Notes: generated by a model from the letters alone, not told the origin. Positions 39,401 through 49,619 are shown, counted from the stretch's first letter. The stretch is 64,000 nt of DNA from Octopus bimaculoides (GCF_001194135.2 NC_068982.1:110425669-110489668), one strand, 5' to 3'. Made by a program: numbers and translations.

Positions 39401-42400
39401 AGATATCATGGGTGATTTGTCTGATTTTTAGTATGTCAAGTGGCTATATAGTCGCTCTGTTTCAGTTCTATTTAACTCAGATCTTAGTAACCTTTTGTAG
39501 TTCATCTCTCAAATTCGTGGTAAGGACCTTCTTATGTAATAATGATTTCAAATTTTGGCACAAGGCCAGCAATTTCTGTGAACGGGTTAAGTTGATTGAA
39601 CCTCAGTACTCAACTGGTACTCATTTTATGGACTCCAAAAGGATGAAAGGCAAAATCAACCTTGGCAGAATTTGAAATCAGAACGTAAAGATGGTTGAAA
39701 TGCTACTAAGCATTTTGCTTGGCATACTAACAATTCTGCCAGCTCTAACAATTTTGTAGATGAGCACTAGATTAGAAATTTTACCAAAGTGATGATGGTC
39801 TACATAATGCAATCTACCCTAGGGAAATGGAGCAAAAAATAGATTAGAACTGAGAAGACATTGTTAAACATTGATCTAAGAAATTGATACAAGGCCATGC
39901 ATCTTAGGGTACGAATAAATCAGTCCCTGTCTTATTTTAGTGGTACTTATTTTAATGAGGAATGAAAAGAAAATGTCAACCTCAGCAAAATTTGAACTTA
40001 GAATGTGAAGGGACGTAACTAAATAATGAAATAATCATTTACTTTAGTATTTCTATCACTTCCCTTATTCTGCCACTGATAATTATAAATCTCCAACATT
40101 TATGTATACAGCCTTACATTTTAGTGGTAGGGCACACTTGATTAAACTCACTGTATTATTTGAAATCTCTACTTGGTTGCTTGGCATGCTGGTGGACAGA
40201 GCCCAAGCAGCTTAACTGGACCATCAATACTGTGCCCTGCAGTCCTGGCTAATATGGACAGGCCTCTCTAGATACTGAGCTGCAAGCACTCTGACTTGTT
40301 TGGATTAATTTTGCTCCTGTCACCATTGCTTTATATTCCTTTAGCAAAGTGCTAACCTCTGTAATATCTGACACCATTACAATGATGTTTGCATATTCTG
40401 ACGTTGCTCTCTTGCGTCCCTGTTTTGACTGTGACTCCATGATTCCTGTTTTTGCAGTAGTTACTCAAGTGTAATTACATACTGACAACATGAGGAAGAA
40501 CACCCTTGTAGCACTAAGTGTGACTGGAAGTAGTTCCAATAGCTGGCTCCTTAAGTAAGATCACTTAGTACATACTGCTATATAAGCAATTTAGCTTCTA
40601 AAAATTGGACTGGAATTGGTTGCAATGAGAAGTTACCAAGTAGTGAATGATGGCCCTATCAAAAGCTTGCAATTAGTCACAAATTTTTCAGAGGCCCACC
40701 AAAGCCAGGCTTATCTTGGATATATCTACATGGGATTACTCATATACTCGTTTCAGTCATTTGACTGTGGCCATGCTGGAGCACCGCCTTTAGTCGAGAA
40801 AATCGACCCCAGGACTTATTCTTTGTAAGCCTAGTACTTATTCTATCGGTCTTTTTTGCCGAACCGCTAAGTTACAGGGACATAAACACACCAGCATCGG
40901 TTGTCAAGCGATGGTGGGGGGACAAACACACATACATATATAAGGAAACTCATGAACTTCGTGTCAATCAACTTGTGGTCAAAGCTGATGACTGGCAGAA
41001 ACTTTCTGCTGTGACCGTAGATAAAGTTGGAATCTACTTCCGTGATGCTCAACCCGATGAGAAAGTGATCCGCACGCAGGTATCTTTTGAACCCATTTNN
41101 NNNNNNNNNNNNNNNNNNNNNNNNNNNNNNNNNNNNNNNNNNNNNNNNNNNNNNNNNNNNNNNNNNNNNNNNNNNNNNNNNNNNNNNNNNNNNNNNNNNN
41201 NNNNNNNNNNNNNNNNNNNNNNNNNNNNNNNNNNNNNNNNNNNNNNNNNNNNNNNNNNNNNNNNNNNNNNNNNNNNNNNNNNNNNNNNNNNNNNNNNNNN
41301 NNNNNNNNNNNNNNNNNNNNNNNNNNNNNNNNNNNNNNNNNNNNNNNNNNNNNNNNNNNNNNNNNNNNNNNNNNNNNNNNNNNNNNNNNNNNNNNNNNNN
41401 NNNNNNNNNNNNNNNNNNNNNNNNNNNNNNNNNNNNNNNNNNNNNNNNNNNNNNNNNNNNNNNNNNNNNNNNNNNNNNNNNNNNNNNNNNNNNNNNNNNN
41501 NNNNNNNNNNNNNNNNNNNNNNNNNNNNNNNNNNNNNNNNNNNNNNNNNNNNNNNNNNNNNNNNNNNNNNNNNNNNNNNNNNNNNNNNNNNNNNNNNNNN
41601 NNNNNNNNNNNNNNNNNNNNNNNNNNNNNNNNNNNNNNNNNNNNNNNNNNNNNNNNNNNNNNNNNNNNNNNNNNNNNNNNNNNNNNNNNNNNNNNNNNNN
41701 NNNNNNNNNNNNNNNNNNNNNNNNNNNNNNNNNNNNNNNNNNNNNNNNNNNNNNNNNNNNNNNNNNNNNNNNNNNNNNNNNNNNNNNNNNNNNNNNNNNN
41801 NNNNNNNNNNNNNNNNNNNNNNNNNNNNNNNNNNNNNNNNNNNNNNNNNNNNNNNNNNNNNNNNNNNNNNNNNNNNNNNNNNNNNNNNNNNNNNNNNNNN
41901 NNNNNNNNNNNNNNNNNNNNNNNNNNNNGCGTTAGGAAGGGCATCCAGCTGTAGAAACTCTGCCAAATTAGATTGGAGCCTGGTGTTGCCACCCGGTTTC
42001 ACCAGTCCTCAGTCAAATCGTCCAACCCATGCTAGCATGGAAAGCGGACGTTAAACGATGATGATGATGATGATGACAACGGGCTTCTTTCAGTTTCCGT
42101 CTACCAAATCCACTCACAAGGCTTTGGTCGGCCCGAGGCTATAGTAGAAGACACTTGCCCAAGGTGCCACGCAGTGGGACTGAACCCGGAACCATGTGGT
42201 TGGTAAGCAAGCTACTTACCACACAGCCACTCCTGCGCCTATATTTTCTGATCAAACTGCTGGTGACAGGAACTAATTTCCTTGCTAGTACATAAACTCT
42301 GTAGTCAGCAAAGGTATGGGCTGAAAATGATCAATAATAGCCCCTTTATTTGCACCCTTTCTCAACAGTACTACTGTTTTCTAGCTCATAGACCTAAGAA

Positions 42401-45400
42401 TTTTCTTTTTCTATAGCTAGTCATACAGACATTCAGTGTGTCTATATAAAGCTTGTAGAGAAGACCAGCTATGCCAGGTAACTTTTTCTCCTTACATATC
42501 CACTTATCACTGACTGTATTTCATCAGTTGCTGTTATTAGCAATTTGTGACACTGTGTCCTCTGCCAAAATTCACAACAGACTGTCATGCTAGCAATGAA
42601 GTTCACACCATTTATGTCTTGTTTTTACTACTGCCATCCCCATATCGGCTCTGTTCAAGCAGACCTATGATAAAAAGTATTCCAGCCATGACTATTGTAT
42701 TTTTTGTTTTTACAAGTAGTGTATTTTGGATTATATTATCAAGTGTGCTCTCCATTATATTTGTGATTTCATCTAGTCTCAGAACAACTTTTGTATGTAA
42801 TTAACACATTGCTTAATCATATTAAAGTCTTATCATTTATTGCATTTTCTGTTTCTGTTATAGGAAGTTTCCAAAGCGCCTGATCATGCACCATCCCGAA
42901 CATTTTTCTTGTTTCGAGTTGAAATCCAACGAGTAGCAAGGATGTTACTGAAGCGCTGTTACCAGGTTGGACAAATGGAATTTTGACAAAATTTTTTTGC
43001 CCTTTTCTCTTTCTCCAAGCATTTCACTTTTGATTAGAGTTCATCTTCTTATTCAATAGGAGATCTTTTGATAGAACAAGACTGATTATTGCGGCTGATG
43101 TGACTCAGTTTAATGAAAACCTGTCACTCCAGTTAATCATCATCATTATATATTTTCTTAAGCTTGAGTTCATAAATCTTAGGTGTGACTAGGAGTGGCT
43201 GTGTGGTAAGTAGCTTGCTTATGAACCACATGGTTCCGGGTTCAGTCCCACTGCGTGGCACCTTGGGCAAGTGTCTTCTACTATAGCCTCGGGCCGACCA
43301 AAGCCTTGCAAGTGGATTTGGTAGACGGAAACTGAAAGAAGCCCGTTGTATATATGTATATGTATATATATGTGTGTTTGTGTGTCTATGTTTGTCCTCC
43401 CCAACATCGCTTGACAACCGATGCTGGTGTGTTTACGTCCCCGTAACTTAGGAGTTCGGCAAAAGAGACCGATAGAATAAGTACTAGGCTTACAAAGAAT
43501 AAGTCCTGGGGTCGATTTGCGCGACTAAAGGCAGTGCTCCAGCATGGCCGCAGTCAAATGACTGAAACAAGTAAAGAGTATACATTATCGATCATTATTT
43601 TGTATGTTTGTGAGTTTAACTTGGGCCAACACATGGTGTATATATATATTTAAAATCAGGTTGCACCTGAAGAGACCTGGAAAATCTATCAATTGAAATT
43701 TAGTATAACAAAAAACACACTATAAGTTTAATAGTTTGACTAAACTTTGCTATTGGAATAATAACTTATTTCTGCAATATAGGTAAGACAGACATTAAGC
43801 AAGGTGATGGTAATTAACTATTCCCCTGTTTATTTCTTACAGGCTATAGCCAATGCCATGCTAAGGAGGGAACATGAAGTGAAGGAACACAGGTAAGTCA
43901 ATATTATTTTGGTTTAAGCAGAGAGTAGCACAATGGCAGATGGGAGTCATTAGGATAGAAGAATGTGTAATTCAAACTGTTATAAAGGTGGAATATATGA
44001 TTGGTATTTGATTGAGGGTTGGAAAATGTAGATTCTTGGAAATATGAGTTTTTGAAGTAGCACTAAGTCATATCATTATTTTAGGATCAGCTGTCATTTC
44101 TAGTCAGATTTTACNNNNNNNNNNNNNNNNNNNNNNNNNNNNNNNNNNNNNNNNNNNNNNNNNNNNNNNNNNNNNNNNNNNNNNNNNNNNNNNNNNNNNN
44201 NNNNNNNNNNNNNNNNNNNNNNNNNNNNNNNNNNNNNNNNNNNNNNNNNNNNNNNNNNNNNNNNNNNNNNNNNNNNNNNNNNNNNNNNNNNNNNNNNNNN
44301 NNNNNNNNNNNNNNNNNNNNNNNNNNNNNNNNNNNNNNNNNNNNNNNNNNNNNNNNNNNNNNNNNNNNNNNNNNNNNNNNNNNNNNNNNNNNNNNNNNNN
44401 NNNNNNNNNNNNNNNNNNNNNNNNNNNNNNNNNNNNNNNNNNNNNNNNNNNNNNNNNNNNNNNNNNNNNNNNNNNNNNAAGAATGTGTAATTCAAACTGT
44501 TATAAAGGTGGAATATATGATTGGTATTTGATTGAGGGTTGGAAAATGTAGATTCTTGGAAATATGAGTTTTTGAAGTAGCACTAAGTCATATCATTATT
44601 TTAGGATCAGCTGTCATTTCTAGTCAGATTTTACCCAAAGTTTTATAGACATATTGTGTTATGATATTATTCTGTAAATCTTTTTCTAGGACAAAGGCAT
44701 TTGTAAACCATTGAGCAATATATCAACTGCACAATGGTTGATGAATTGATTGAGCGAGGCATTTGTAATTTAACCTGTGTCAGTTCTTATCAAGCAGAAC
44801 ACTGATCGTACAATGCAGAAATCTTTAAATCTTTATTGTTTTGAATCAAATTATCTTTTTCTTGAAGAGTGGGCCCAGACACTCTGTAAGCTAAATTATT
44901 AAGCAAACTGAAATTATCTTTTCACAAATTATACTAGATTTATTGTATTTTAGGCGACTTCTTGATAAACAGCAAAGAGTTGAAGCAATTATTGCATCCC
45001 TTGACCAAAATGGTGTTGATGAATCTCAGAAAGAGGAAGTAGAACAAACTATCACTCCAGCTGAACGAAACCAACTTGCCAAAGTAAAACAGGATATAAA
45101 CAAGTAAGTTATGGCATCATAGTAATACTTTGAAGTGAACTGAATAGGTGAGGTATCAGAGTCTTTGTTAAAGAATTGACAATGTTTTGGTTCACAGTAC
45201 CATATGTAAGGTACTGAATAGTTTTACTTGAAATAGGTAGAGAAGAAGCAATTCAGTGACACAAATGTTTAATTGACCAGTTGGCTGCTGTTGTTGTTTA
45301 GACTCAGCTCAGTCATGTTCGAGCAGACCCATAATTTAAGTGTTCCACCCATGACTACCTTTGTCATTTCATAACCAGGAACTACATTGCCTAGCTCATG

Positions 45401-46943
45401 ATCAGCAGTATGATTAAAGGCATTCTAATGGCCAACTTTATGTACTTCTAGAACTGCAATATCAAATGTATCTTTCTCTTTTTAAAACAACTGAGATTTA
45501 GTTAGAATATTGTACCATGTTGCCATCTTGATGAAAGCAACTTACCAGATCAAATATGCTAAAGACATATTCAAACCTGTAAGACAGCCATTTACTGCAG
45601 TTTGTCATGGAAAAATATTCTTGCTGTAGACAAATAGGTGTCAACACTATGGTCAGTTCAAAGTGCCTCTATCCAGATTGATGGATGTATGCATTAGGTG
45701 TTCAAATATGTCTCAAGCATATTTGAACTGGTAACAAGTTTATATCAATCACTAAGCACTTTTAATCTGTAACTTAACTTTATGTTACTCTGTTAATTAG
45801 TTGTTCAGCCTTAATCAAGACATTCTGGCTATGACCATTCTTTCTTTTAAGATGGTGAGACACGAAGGAGACTTAGATGCTATTTCTTGCAGGTTGAACA
45901 ACTACATAGAGGCTCTGTATTCAGCTCGTCTATACAAAATCTTGGAGAATAGATTCCTGAGTTAGTGAAAGTGGTATTGCTGAAGCCACATCCCATCCTC
46001 TGACTTGTAAATGTCTTTATGTACCAGTATCTGGACCATAACACAAAGTAGGGTCTAGATTTCATTATCTCAGTAATATTGTGGACCTTTATTAATACTA
46101 AAAGTGATACATATGAAGGATATCAGTTTGGTGAAGAATATGGGAAGAAGTCTGATTTCAGGATGCTGAACCTCACAAAAAAGTTGACAATAGATTGCAA
46201 CTGATGGTGAAAAACTGTGATGGAGGAAACACATTAAGTCCATACCAGTATGAGAAATTGAACTTAAAAATGACAATGATGAAATGACAAATAAAGCAAC
46301 AAATATCGGTGTTAGGGCTAACAATTCATGTTCTGTTACTATTGGGTAGGAAGTTACGGTTGTCTGCTGTCATCACTTGTTTGATCCTGTCATTTATGTA
46401 ATAAAATACATTGCTAGCTTTTGATTAAATTTTGAAAATAATATGGAGAGAATATAAAATATTTGTCATTAATTTCAATAAAAGCATTTTAAAAATAGAT
46501 GGTTATATATCAAGGGATTATCGGTGATTCCAGGTAGGTAAATATCAAAAGAATAAAGTGATAACCCCACACTAGTGGAAGAGAGGTAATTTTCACTTTA
46601 AACCTGCTGCATGTATTGTCATGGTTTACTTCTGTTTATTTAATGAAGAATAAATTCCACATCCACCTTATGATTAGTTATACTAAGATCATCAATCATT
46701 AGAAAGGCCAACACTTCAATGTACATAATTATTTAGAAGAGTTCTTACTGTGGAGGAATGGTAAAATTGATGTAGAAGAGTTTTTTTTTTATCTTTTAAA
46801 AAATCTTAATGTACTCAATCTCTTGATATATTTTTTTAATTATTTTTGCCAGATTGGATCAGTGTGAAATTCAGTTGGATTCCACTATGTTTCTGTTGGA
46901 AAACTACTTACATTACAGCAAAATAAATAGCCAGTTGAGCTGA
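19061..46943 (+). CDS. POLR3C: RNA polymerase III subunit RPC3/RPC62, complete 15-exon CDS (519 aa)
   Basis: Exons 19061-19207, 23888-24149, 26377-26535, 28738-28796, 29359-29463, 31267-31359, 33917-33994, 35645-35696, 36062-36122, 37998-38064, 39091-39174, 42864-42965, 43843-43892, 44954-45103, 46853-46943. All introns are GT-AG, phases join in frame, total 1560 nt ending TGA. Peptides MSQSEIKLC, YWQVDFDRFHQHFRDQAI, AMIPAKE, PDHAPSRTF and QRVEAIIAS match remembered human RPC62. Confidence 0.96.
23888..24149 (+). CDS. POLR3C: POLR3C coding exon 2 (VKKILAVLITH...TLYGDAAELLVEELL...DALEAS)
   Basis: tttacag acceptor, G|GTAATA donor, phase 0 to 1; inside ORF 23837..24205. Confidence 0.95.
24310..24520 (-). 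mobile_element. RTE 3' tail fragment
   Basis: catcatcatcgtcgtttaatgtccactttccatgctagcatgggttggacg...gatgcccttcctaacgcc. Confidence 0.85.
24716..25102. mobile_element. hAT-superfamily MITE (387 bp)
   Basis: Imperfect TIRs CAGTGCTGGATTAA / TTAATTTGGCCCTG; perfect 8-bp TSD AATAGATC at 24708-24715 and 25103-25110. Confidence 0.88.
26377..26535 (+). CDS. POLR3C: POLR3C coding exon 3 (HPKISSTLVKDKFVSLVQTHFIQRC...CHVIP)
   Basis: ttttag acceptor, CAG|GTTAGT donor, phase 1-1; THFIQRC matches human THFVQRC. Confidence 0.93.
28263..28656 (-). mobile_element. SINE family A copy
   Basis: Almost full match to the family, head slightly truncated. Confidence 0.9.
28738..28796 (+). CDS. POLR3C: POLR3C coding exon 4 (VNTQRRRSDSPPSAKAMKIS)
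   Basis: tttccag acceptor, GTAAGT donor, phase 1 to 0; RRRS motif as in human KRRRSSDE. Confidence 0.85.
28868..29320 (+). repeat. Degenerate (GGT/AGT)n trinucleotide tract filling POLR3C intron 4
   Basis: Compositional repeat with an internal duplication (ggtaacaggcag ends at 29030 and 29196). Confidence 0.9.
29359..29463 (+). CDS. POLR3C: POLR3C coding exon 5 (ENNTDTVYWQVDFDRFHQHFRDQAIISAMLNKIDK)
   Basis: acacag acceptor, AAG|GTTGGT donor; highly conserved RPC62 motif. Confidence 0.96.
29700..30640. mobile_element. Cluster of RTE 3' UTR/tail fragments including 4x66-bp tandem units
   Basis: Three + strand tails ending (GAT)n at about 29740, 30172 and 30285; further 3' UTR sequence at 30415-30600. 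Confidence 0.8.
29763..30000 (+). repeat. 66-bp tandem repeat (units start at 29763, 29829, 29895, 29961)
   Basis: Exact 66-bp spacing of gcca(g/t)tgc...ctggc...gcatgtaaa(a/g)agcacc. Confidence 0.85.
30660..31081 (-). mobile_element. SINE family A copy, full length
   Basis: Tail (ctctttta)n through head ...gccacttctgcgcct. Confidence 0.92.
31267..31359 (+). CDS. POLR3C: POLR3C coding exon 6 (KASEIIRTMLRVSETNTAADSLVTTPISINE)
   Basis: ttctag acceptor, GAG|GTAAGA donor, phase 0-0. Confidence 0.95.
33160..33815 (-). mobile_element. RTE LINE 3' fragment with (GAT)n tail
   Basis: Reverse complement of the ORF2 end and 3' UTR; CATCATCATGATCAT tail abutting (TA)n at about 33150-33175. Confidence 0.85.
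33917..33994 (+). CDS. POLR3C: POLR3C coding exon 7 (IFINLPKELEITKPILEQYLSVMCDD)
   Basis: tattag acceptor, GTACGT donor; matches human IFRSLP...LDQYLTLLADD. Confidence 0.92.
34285..34500 (-). mobile_element. Older RTE ORF2 fragment
   Basis: Reverse complement similar to the LSLRVKG...GETWAVTAE region of the other copies. Confidence 0.6.
35645..35696 (+). CDS. POLR3C: POLR3C coding exon 8 (SQFVFKAADAGGGMYEI)
   Basis: cccttgtag acceptor; donor GTATCCTTT; matches human GDSGGGMYVI. Confidence 0.93.
35697..36061 (+). other. U12-type (minor spliceosome) GT-AG intron, POLR3C intron 8
   Basis: 5' splice site GTATCCTTT; branch-point-like TTCTCTTAAC (36039-36048) about 14 nt upstream of the AG; no polypyrimidine tract between them. 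Confidence 0.85.
36062..36122 (+). CDS. POLR3C: POLR3C coding exon 9 (NIHKSLTELCKSHIESVVQER)
   Basis: accag acceptor, AG|GTAAGT donor, phase 1 to 2; ESVVQER conserved. Confidence 0.95.
36160..36810. repeat. Degenerate TA/TGTAC low-complexity tract with a 215-bp unique insert
   Basis: Seen directly; insert 36447-36661 lies between (TA)n runs. Confidence 0.7.
37205..37620 (-). mobile_element. RTE 3' UTR/tail fragment
   Basis: catcatcatc tail then the same 3' UTR motifs (ggatgcctttcctaac, gccagtcagatggcactggc). Confidence 0.78.
37998..38064 (+). CDS. POLR3C: POLR3C coding exon 10 (FGSKSLRIFRILLLKQHLEQKQ)
   Basis: ctttaag acceptor, CAG|GTAAAT donor, phase 2 to 0. Confidence 0.95.
39091..39174 (+). 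CDS. POLR3C: POLR3C coding exon 11 (IEEYAMIPAKEVKEIMYNMFADGFLFVT)
   Basis: tttcag acceptor, GTATGT donor, phase 0-0. Confidence 0.95.
39555..39745 (-). mobile_element. SINE family C copy
   Basis: ggcacaaggccagcaatt...ggatgaaaggcaaaatcaacc...ctgccagctc. Confidence 0.8.
40942..41098 (+). pseudogene. Displaced VPS13D-like coding fragment (KETHELRVNQLVVKADDWQKLSAVTVDKVGIYFRDAQPDEKVIRTQVSFEPI), runs into an N gap
   Basis: Stop-free 52-codon frame resembling remembered human VPS13D HTHDLRIHQLQVRVNGWEQVSPVSVDKVGTFFRYAAPD...PQVYFSSL; embedded in a SINE within POLR3C intron 11. Confidence 0.72.
41929..42077 (+). mobile_element. RTE 3' tail with (GAT)n, joined directly to the right half of a SINE
   Basis: gcgttaggaagggcatccagc...ggacgttaaacgatgatgatgatgatgatgac|aacgggcttc. 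Confidence 0.9.
42864..42965 (+). CDS. POLR3C: POLR3C coding exon 12 (EVSKAPDHAPSRTFFLFRVEIQRVARMLLKRCYQ)
   Basis: tatag acceptor, CAG|GTTGGA donor; PDHAPSRTF conserved. Confidence 0.96.
43190..43580 (+). mobile_element. SINE family A copy
   Basis: aggagtggctgtgtggtaag...gactgaaacaagtaaagag. Confidence 0.92.
43843..43892 (+). CDS. POLR3C: POLR3C coding exon 13 (AIANAMLRREHEVKEHR)
   Basis: ttacag acceptor, AG|GTAAGT donor, phase 0 to 2. Confidence 0.93.
44954..45103 (+). CDS. POLR3C: POLR3C coding exon 14 (RLLDKQQRVEAIIASLDQNG...KQDINK)
   Basis: ttttag acceptor, AA|GTAAGT donor, phase 2-2. Confidence 0.95.
46853..46943 (+). CDS. POLR3C: POLR3C terminal coding exon 15 (LDQCEIQLDSTMFLLENYLHYSKINSQLS*)
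   Basis: tttgccag acceptor, TGA at 46941-46943; matches human LDASEIQVDETIFLLESY. Confidence 0.94.
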
Positions 46944-46954
46944 AAGTATCTTTT

Positions 46955-47040
46955 AATAAATTTATGTACAAAGCATTTTTTATAAATTATGAAAGGAGCA
47001 GTGTGATGTTGATGACGATGACAAACTTTTAATAAATAAA
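46955..47040 (+). terminator. Candidate POLR3C polyadenylation signals (AATAAA at 46955 and 47031)
   Basis: Canonical hexamers shortly after the stop codon; the sequence is AT-rich, so chance matches are possible. Confidence 0.45.
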
Positions 47041-47409
47041 AAAATTATATATAGAAATATAACAAGAATATTTGGATTCATTATTGGATAATTAAATTAA
47101 GAATGACAAGCTGTGCCCATTCATAACCAAAATGATGTGATGGTCAGTCTATATCTCTTCTTTATTAATGATCAAATTTCTATACTGAATACTCATGTGT
47201 CTTTAACTACTTAGAATATTTGTGTTGCAGTTGTGCAGCCTTGATAAACCACAACTAAAGCATGCAGGTAGCTGACTAAATTAAGTGTGACTCACTTCTG
47301 TATTTTCACTGAGGGTCAAACTGCACACTGCAGCATACAGTGATGAATTGTTTGGGTGCAGTGCAACAATATGGATATGTTACATTTTCTCTATTACCCA
47401 TTATTTATA

Positions 47410-47606
47410 TGAGGGGTGCTAAAAAATTCCTGGCTTTAAGAGTATTGCGAAAGGTCTGGTTGGAGGCCCAACTTTATATGGTTTAGAAAAACTTAAGGAC
47501 TGCTGCAATAAGTGTGTGAATCTGAGAGGGGAATATGTTGAATAAATTAACTGATCTGCCGGTATTTTCTGTTACCCAAAGCCAGGAATTTTTCAGCACC
47601 ACCTTG
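47410..47606 (-). mobile_element. Tc1/mariner-type MITE, same family as 14027-14240 in opposite orientation
   Basis: TIRs tgaggggtgctaaaaaattcctggcttt / aaagccaggaatttttcagcaccaccttg, flanked by TA. Confidence 0.82.
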
Positions 47607-48914
47607 TACATACTCTCAAATTCTGGTGATGGCTGTCCTATAAGCAGGCAAGGTAGACTTGGCCACAGTGTGACAGTTGCTGTTCCTCTGCATGTATTAT
47701 TGGTGTTGTTCAGCTCATTGCAGTGTTTGTTGCAGTCAAAAACAGTACATGTCCAAGTAATCTTTCATTTTTATTTCATTGTGTAGGCAGTCTGTGTGCC
47801 ATCTGTGGTGATGTGTAATGCATTGTTTTGTATATTATGTAGTTTATTGTGGAGAAACAGGGAGGGAGGCCTAAACGAGCCTGACCATAATGTATTATTC
47901 GTTCACTACTGTTTTTCCTTTCTGTTGGCCAAACATGATAGCTTTGAGTGCTCTGTATGTTTCTGTGAATTGTTTTGCTTTCTTACCTGTCTTCTGTGTG
48001 CTATAAATGTTGTAATTCATTGGTATCAAGTCAAGCTTAATGAAGCAGTTCTATAATCAAAGGCTTTCCATCTGTAACCATTCCATCTATTTTAAGTGTA
48101 TCTAGGACTACGTTATCTAATGTGTCCTTTATTTAAGACAGCAGAGCATAATTTGATTGCTATTTCTAGTAGGACAGCTAACAACATAGAGACTGCCTCA
48201 TTGGCTGTATATTTATGTTGTTCAGTATGATTGTTGGTTGTATTTTCTCTGGCATTACATGTGAGAAAAAGAAGAGGTGGATACAGCAGCTGATGTTTTA
48301 GACCTAGGCTTCTACAGTGATTGATGTAGTGTTGAAGTTGTACAGCTATTTGGAGAATAGTGGGAAGATGTGACTGTGATGCCATGTAAATTTTAAGGTG
48401 TACAAAAATTATGTAGGTATACGTTAAAAAAAATTCGATGAAAGATGATTTCTTGTACTTGATTTAGAATAGTCAAGTTTCGTTAGAGTTGTTTCTATAC
48501 ATCACATAGGTTTGACTATCTGATTGGTAATTTGTTAGGCAGCATTTTGGATTGTTTTTTTAAACCCTTTTGTTACTATATTTCCGTTGAAATATGCTTC
48601 TTTTGTTTCAGTTAATTTTGAAAATAATGAAGTTAGTAAAATAATTTTGTCATTTTTAAGCTGTTATTTGGAATATAGCATAAACTTTTGATGGTAGATT
48701 TTCATTTAGACCATTTCAAAAGAGAAACCTGGTATCTTAGAACCAGGGGTGGTTTCAGGAAGGCTAGTTATCAGATGGGTCTATCAAAAAGGTTTATTGG
48801 TTTGGAGAAAAGGGCAGGGCTCATGGCCTTCAGAGACCCTTTCAGACCAGTGAAATTTATGGTGTTAACTTTCTGTCTAAACTGCTGTCAGTTGAATATA
48901 TGGATAGTGGAGGC

Positions 48915-49278
48915 ACGTAAAAAGCACCTTTCGAGCATTGGGCCTCACGGAGGCAAAGTGGCTAATGCTGGTGGCATGTGAAAAGCTCTTTTTGAGTGTT
49001 GGGCCTCATGGAGGCAATAATGAATAATTGAGACCTTTGGCATTATGTCATGCTTGAGAAGAAAACTCATGAAGCCAAGTAAAATCACAGTCATGGCAGA
49101 TATTCATATCATGCAAATGGTACTCACGCCAGTGGCATGTAAAAGCACTCATTACACCCTCAGAGTCGTTGGTGTTAGGAAGGGCATCCAGCCATAGAAA
49201 CCATGCCAAATCAGAATGGAGTCTGGTGCAGCCTTACAGCTTGCCAGCATGGACAACAGACGTTAAATGATGATGATG
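48915..49278 (+). mobile_element. RTE 3' UTR/tail fragment
   Basis: gggcctcacggaggcaaagtggc...ggaagggcatccagcc...cgttaaatgatgatgatgaa. Confidence 0.82.
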
Positions 49279-49619
49279 AAGACAAAGACTTTGTTACTGA
49301 CATTAGAATAGTATGGAAGGTTCTTTTTTCTTATTGAAGCCATCATGTATCGTGTGTTAGGTTTGTAAGTTGTATGGTGATTTATGCCGTGAATGGAAGG
49401 TAAAGGGAAACATAAGGAAAGTGGTGAACTTAAATCTTGGAATGCGTAACGTAACTTCATGGATGAGACAATGCAAAATCAAGATAAATGGGAATCTGCC
49501 AAACTCTAGAACTATCCAGCATATGTTATAAAAACACTGAAACACTGATAAAGAATTTCTTGATAACACCTGCATTTTTGGGGGTGAGTGGGGATATGTT
49601 TCTATTATTTTTATGAGTT

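Larger units (their letters stand above)
40746..42240 (-). mobile_element. SINE family A copy split by a VPS13D-like fragment, an N gap and an RTE tail
   Basis: Left half 40746-40941, right half 42078-42240. Confidence 0.88.

Noticed and set aside
41080-41088. Second U12 donor (GTATCTTTT)
   Set aside because: It mismatches the consensus at +6, and the reading frame continues through it with VPS13D-like residues (QVSF), so it is more likely coding sequence.
43959-44634. 156-bp perfect direct duplication (43959-44114 and 44479-44634)
   Set aside because: The identical copies sit exactly at the two edges of an N gap, typical of unmerged overlapping contig ends.
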